Source: Yuukianura sp. NJ FZ-2021
Lineage: Eukaryota
Length of the DNA: 64,000 nucleotides
Direction: 5' to 3'
Assembly: GCA_046563655.1 (NCBI GenBank)
Contig: CM102287.1
Location: 3,844,001 to 3,908,000, forward strand
Shown: positions 63,602 through 64,000 of the stretch, piece after piece
Position numbering within the stretch: the stretch's first letter is position 1
Layout: every line of letters begins with the position of its first letter
Program-made: the position numbers and the translations under genes
The notes under the pieces: model-generated
Databases searched by the model: none
What the model saw: only the letters and a program-made list of their open reading frames with translations
Told to the model about the DNA's origin: nothing

Positions 63602-64000
63602 CCTCAACTACACTCAATTTCTCACTTCTTTTCAAATTTTGAATTTAGAAAGTCTTCAAAATTTTATAAATTCTTGTAGAATATTTACAGAACTTCCTCA
63701 AATTAGTTTAATTTTGTCGCAAATAATCAATCATTTGTCGTGTCCTTGAGCAACTAACTCATAAACTGGTTTTTCGACATTTTTCGAAAAAGAAAATCAA
63801 GAAATTGATTTTTTTTTTGAAAAAATCAAATTTTTGATTTTTTTTTTTAAAAAAGGTTTCCGTCATGTCCATAAGAAAGTGTTCTCAAAGCGTCCTATTT
63901 TTGGCGGAAGAAGAAATTCCGCGGGAAAGTTCGTCGGAAAATTTAAATTTTCCAAAACAAAAAAGTGACAACAAATAAGTTTTGACAGCTGTTTTCTTAC

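Overview
Gene-dense, AT-rich eukaryotic DNA with short GT-AG introns; the gene set and intron style suggest a small-genome arthropod (inference only). Left to right: a probable first coding exon of a secreted protein running off the left edge; a ~18.5 kb MBD5/6 (sba-like) gene whose large introns carry a long inverted-repeat element and several repeats; a DnaJA co-chaperone with heat-shock elements; a tyrosylprotein sulfotransferase; a BTB-zinc-finger gene; a CYP2-clan P450; an Apaf-1/Dark-type CARD-NB-ARC-WD40 gene; an orphan coiled-coil gene; WRAP53/TCAB1; RSL1D1; an ALDH3; a small single-pass membrane protein; beta-sarcoglycan; and two unknown genes, one highly repetitive. Most notable: the Apaf-1 homologue has substitutions in both Walker B (LDGVW) and the MHD motif (IHSL); at least nine perfect TGACCTTTGACCT (DR1-like) 13-mers occur across the window; a sarcoglycan intron consists of tandem copies of its own splice donor; the repeat protein carries an isolated PDE10-like N-terminal motif; and the orphan gene next to Apaf-1 ends in a SARAH-like helix. 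No rRNA, tRNA, CRISPR array or autonomous transposon was recognised. Exon boundaries were read by eye and no searches were run.
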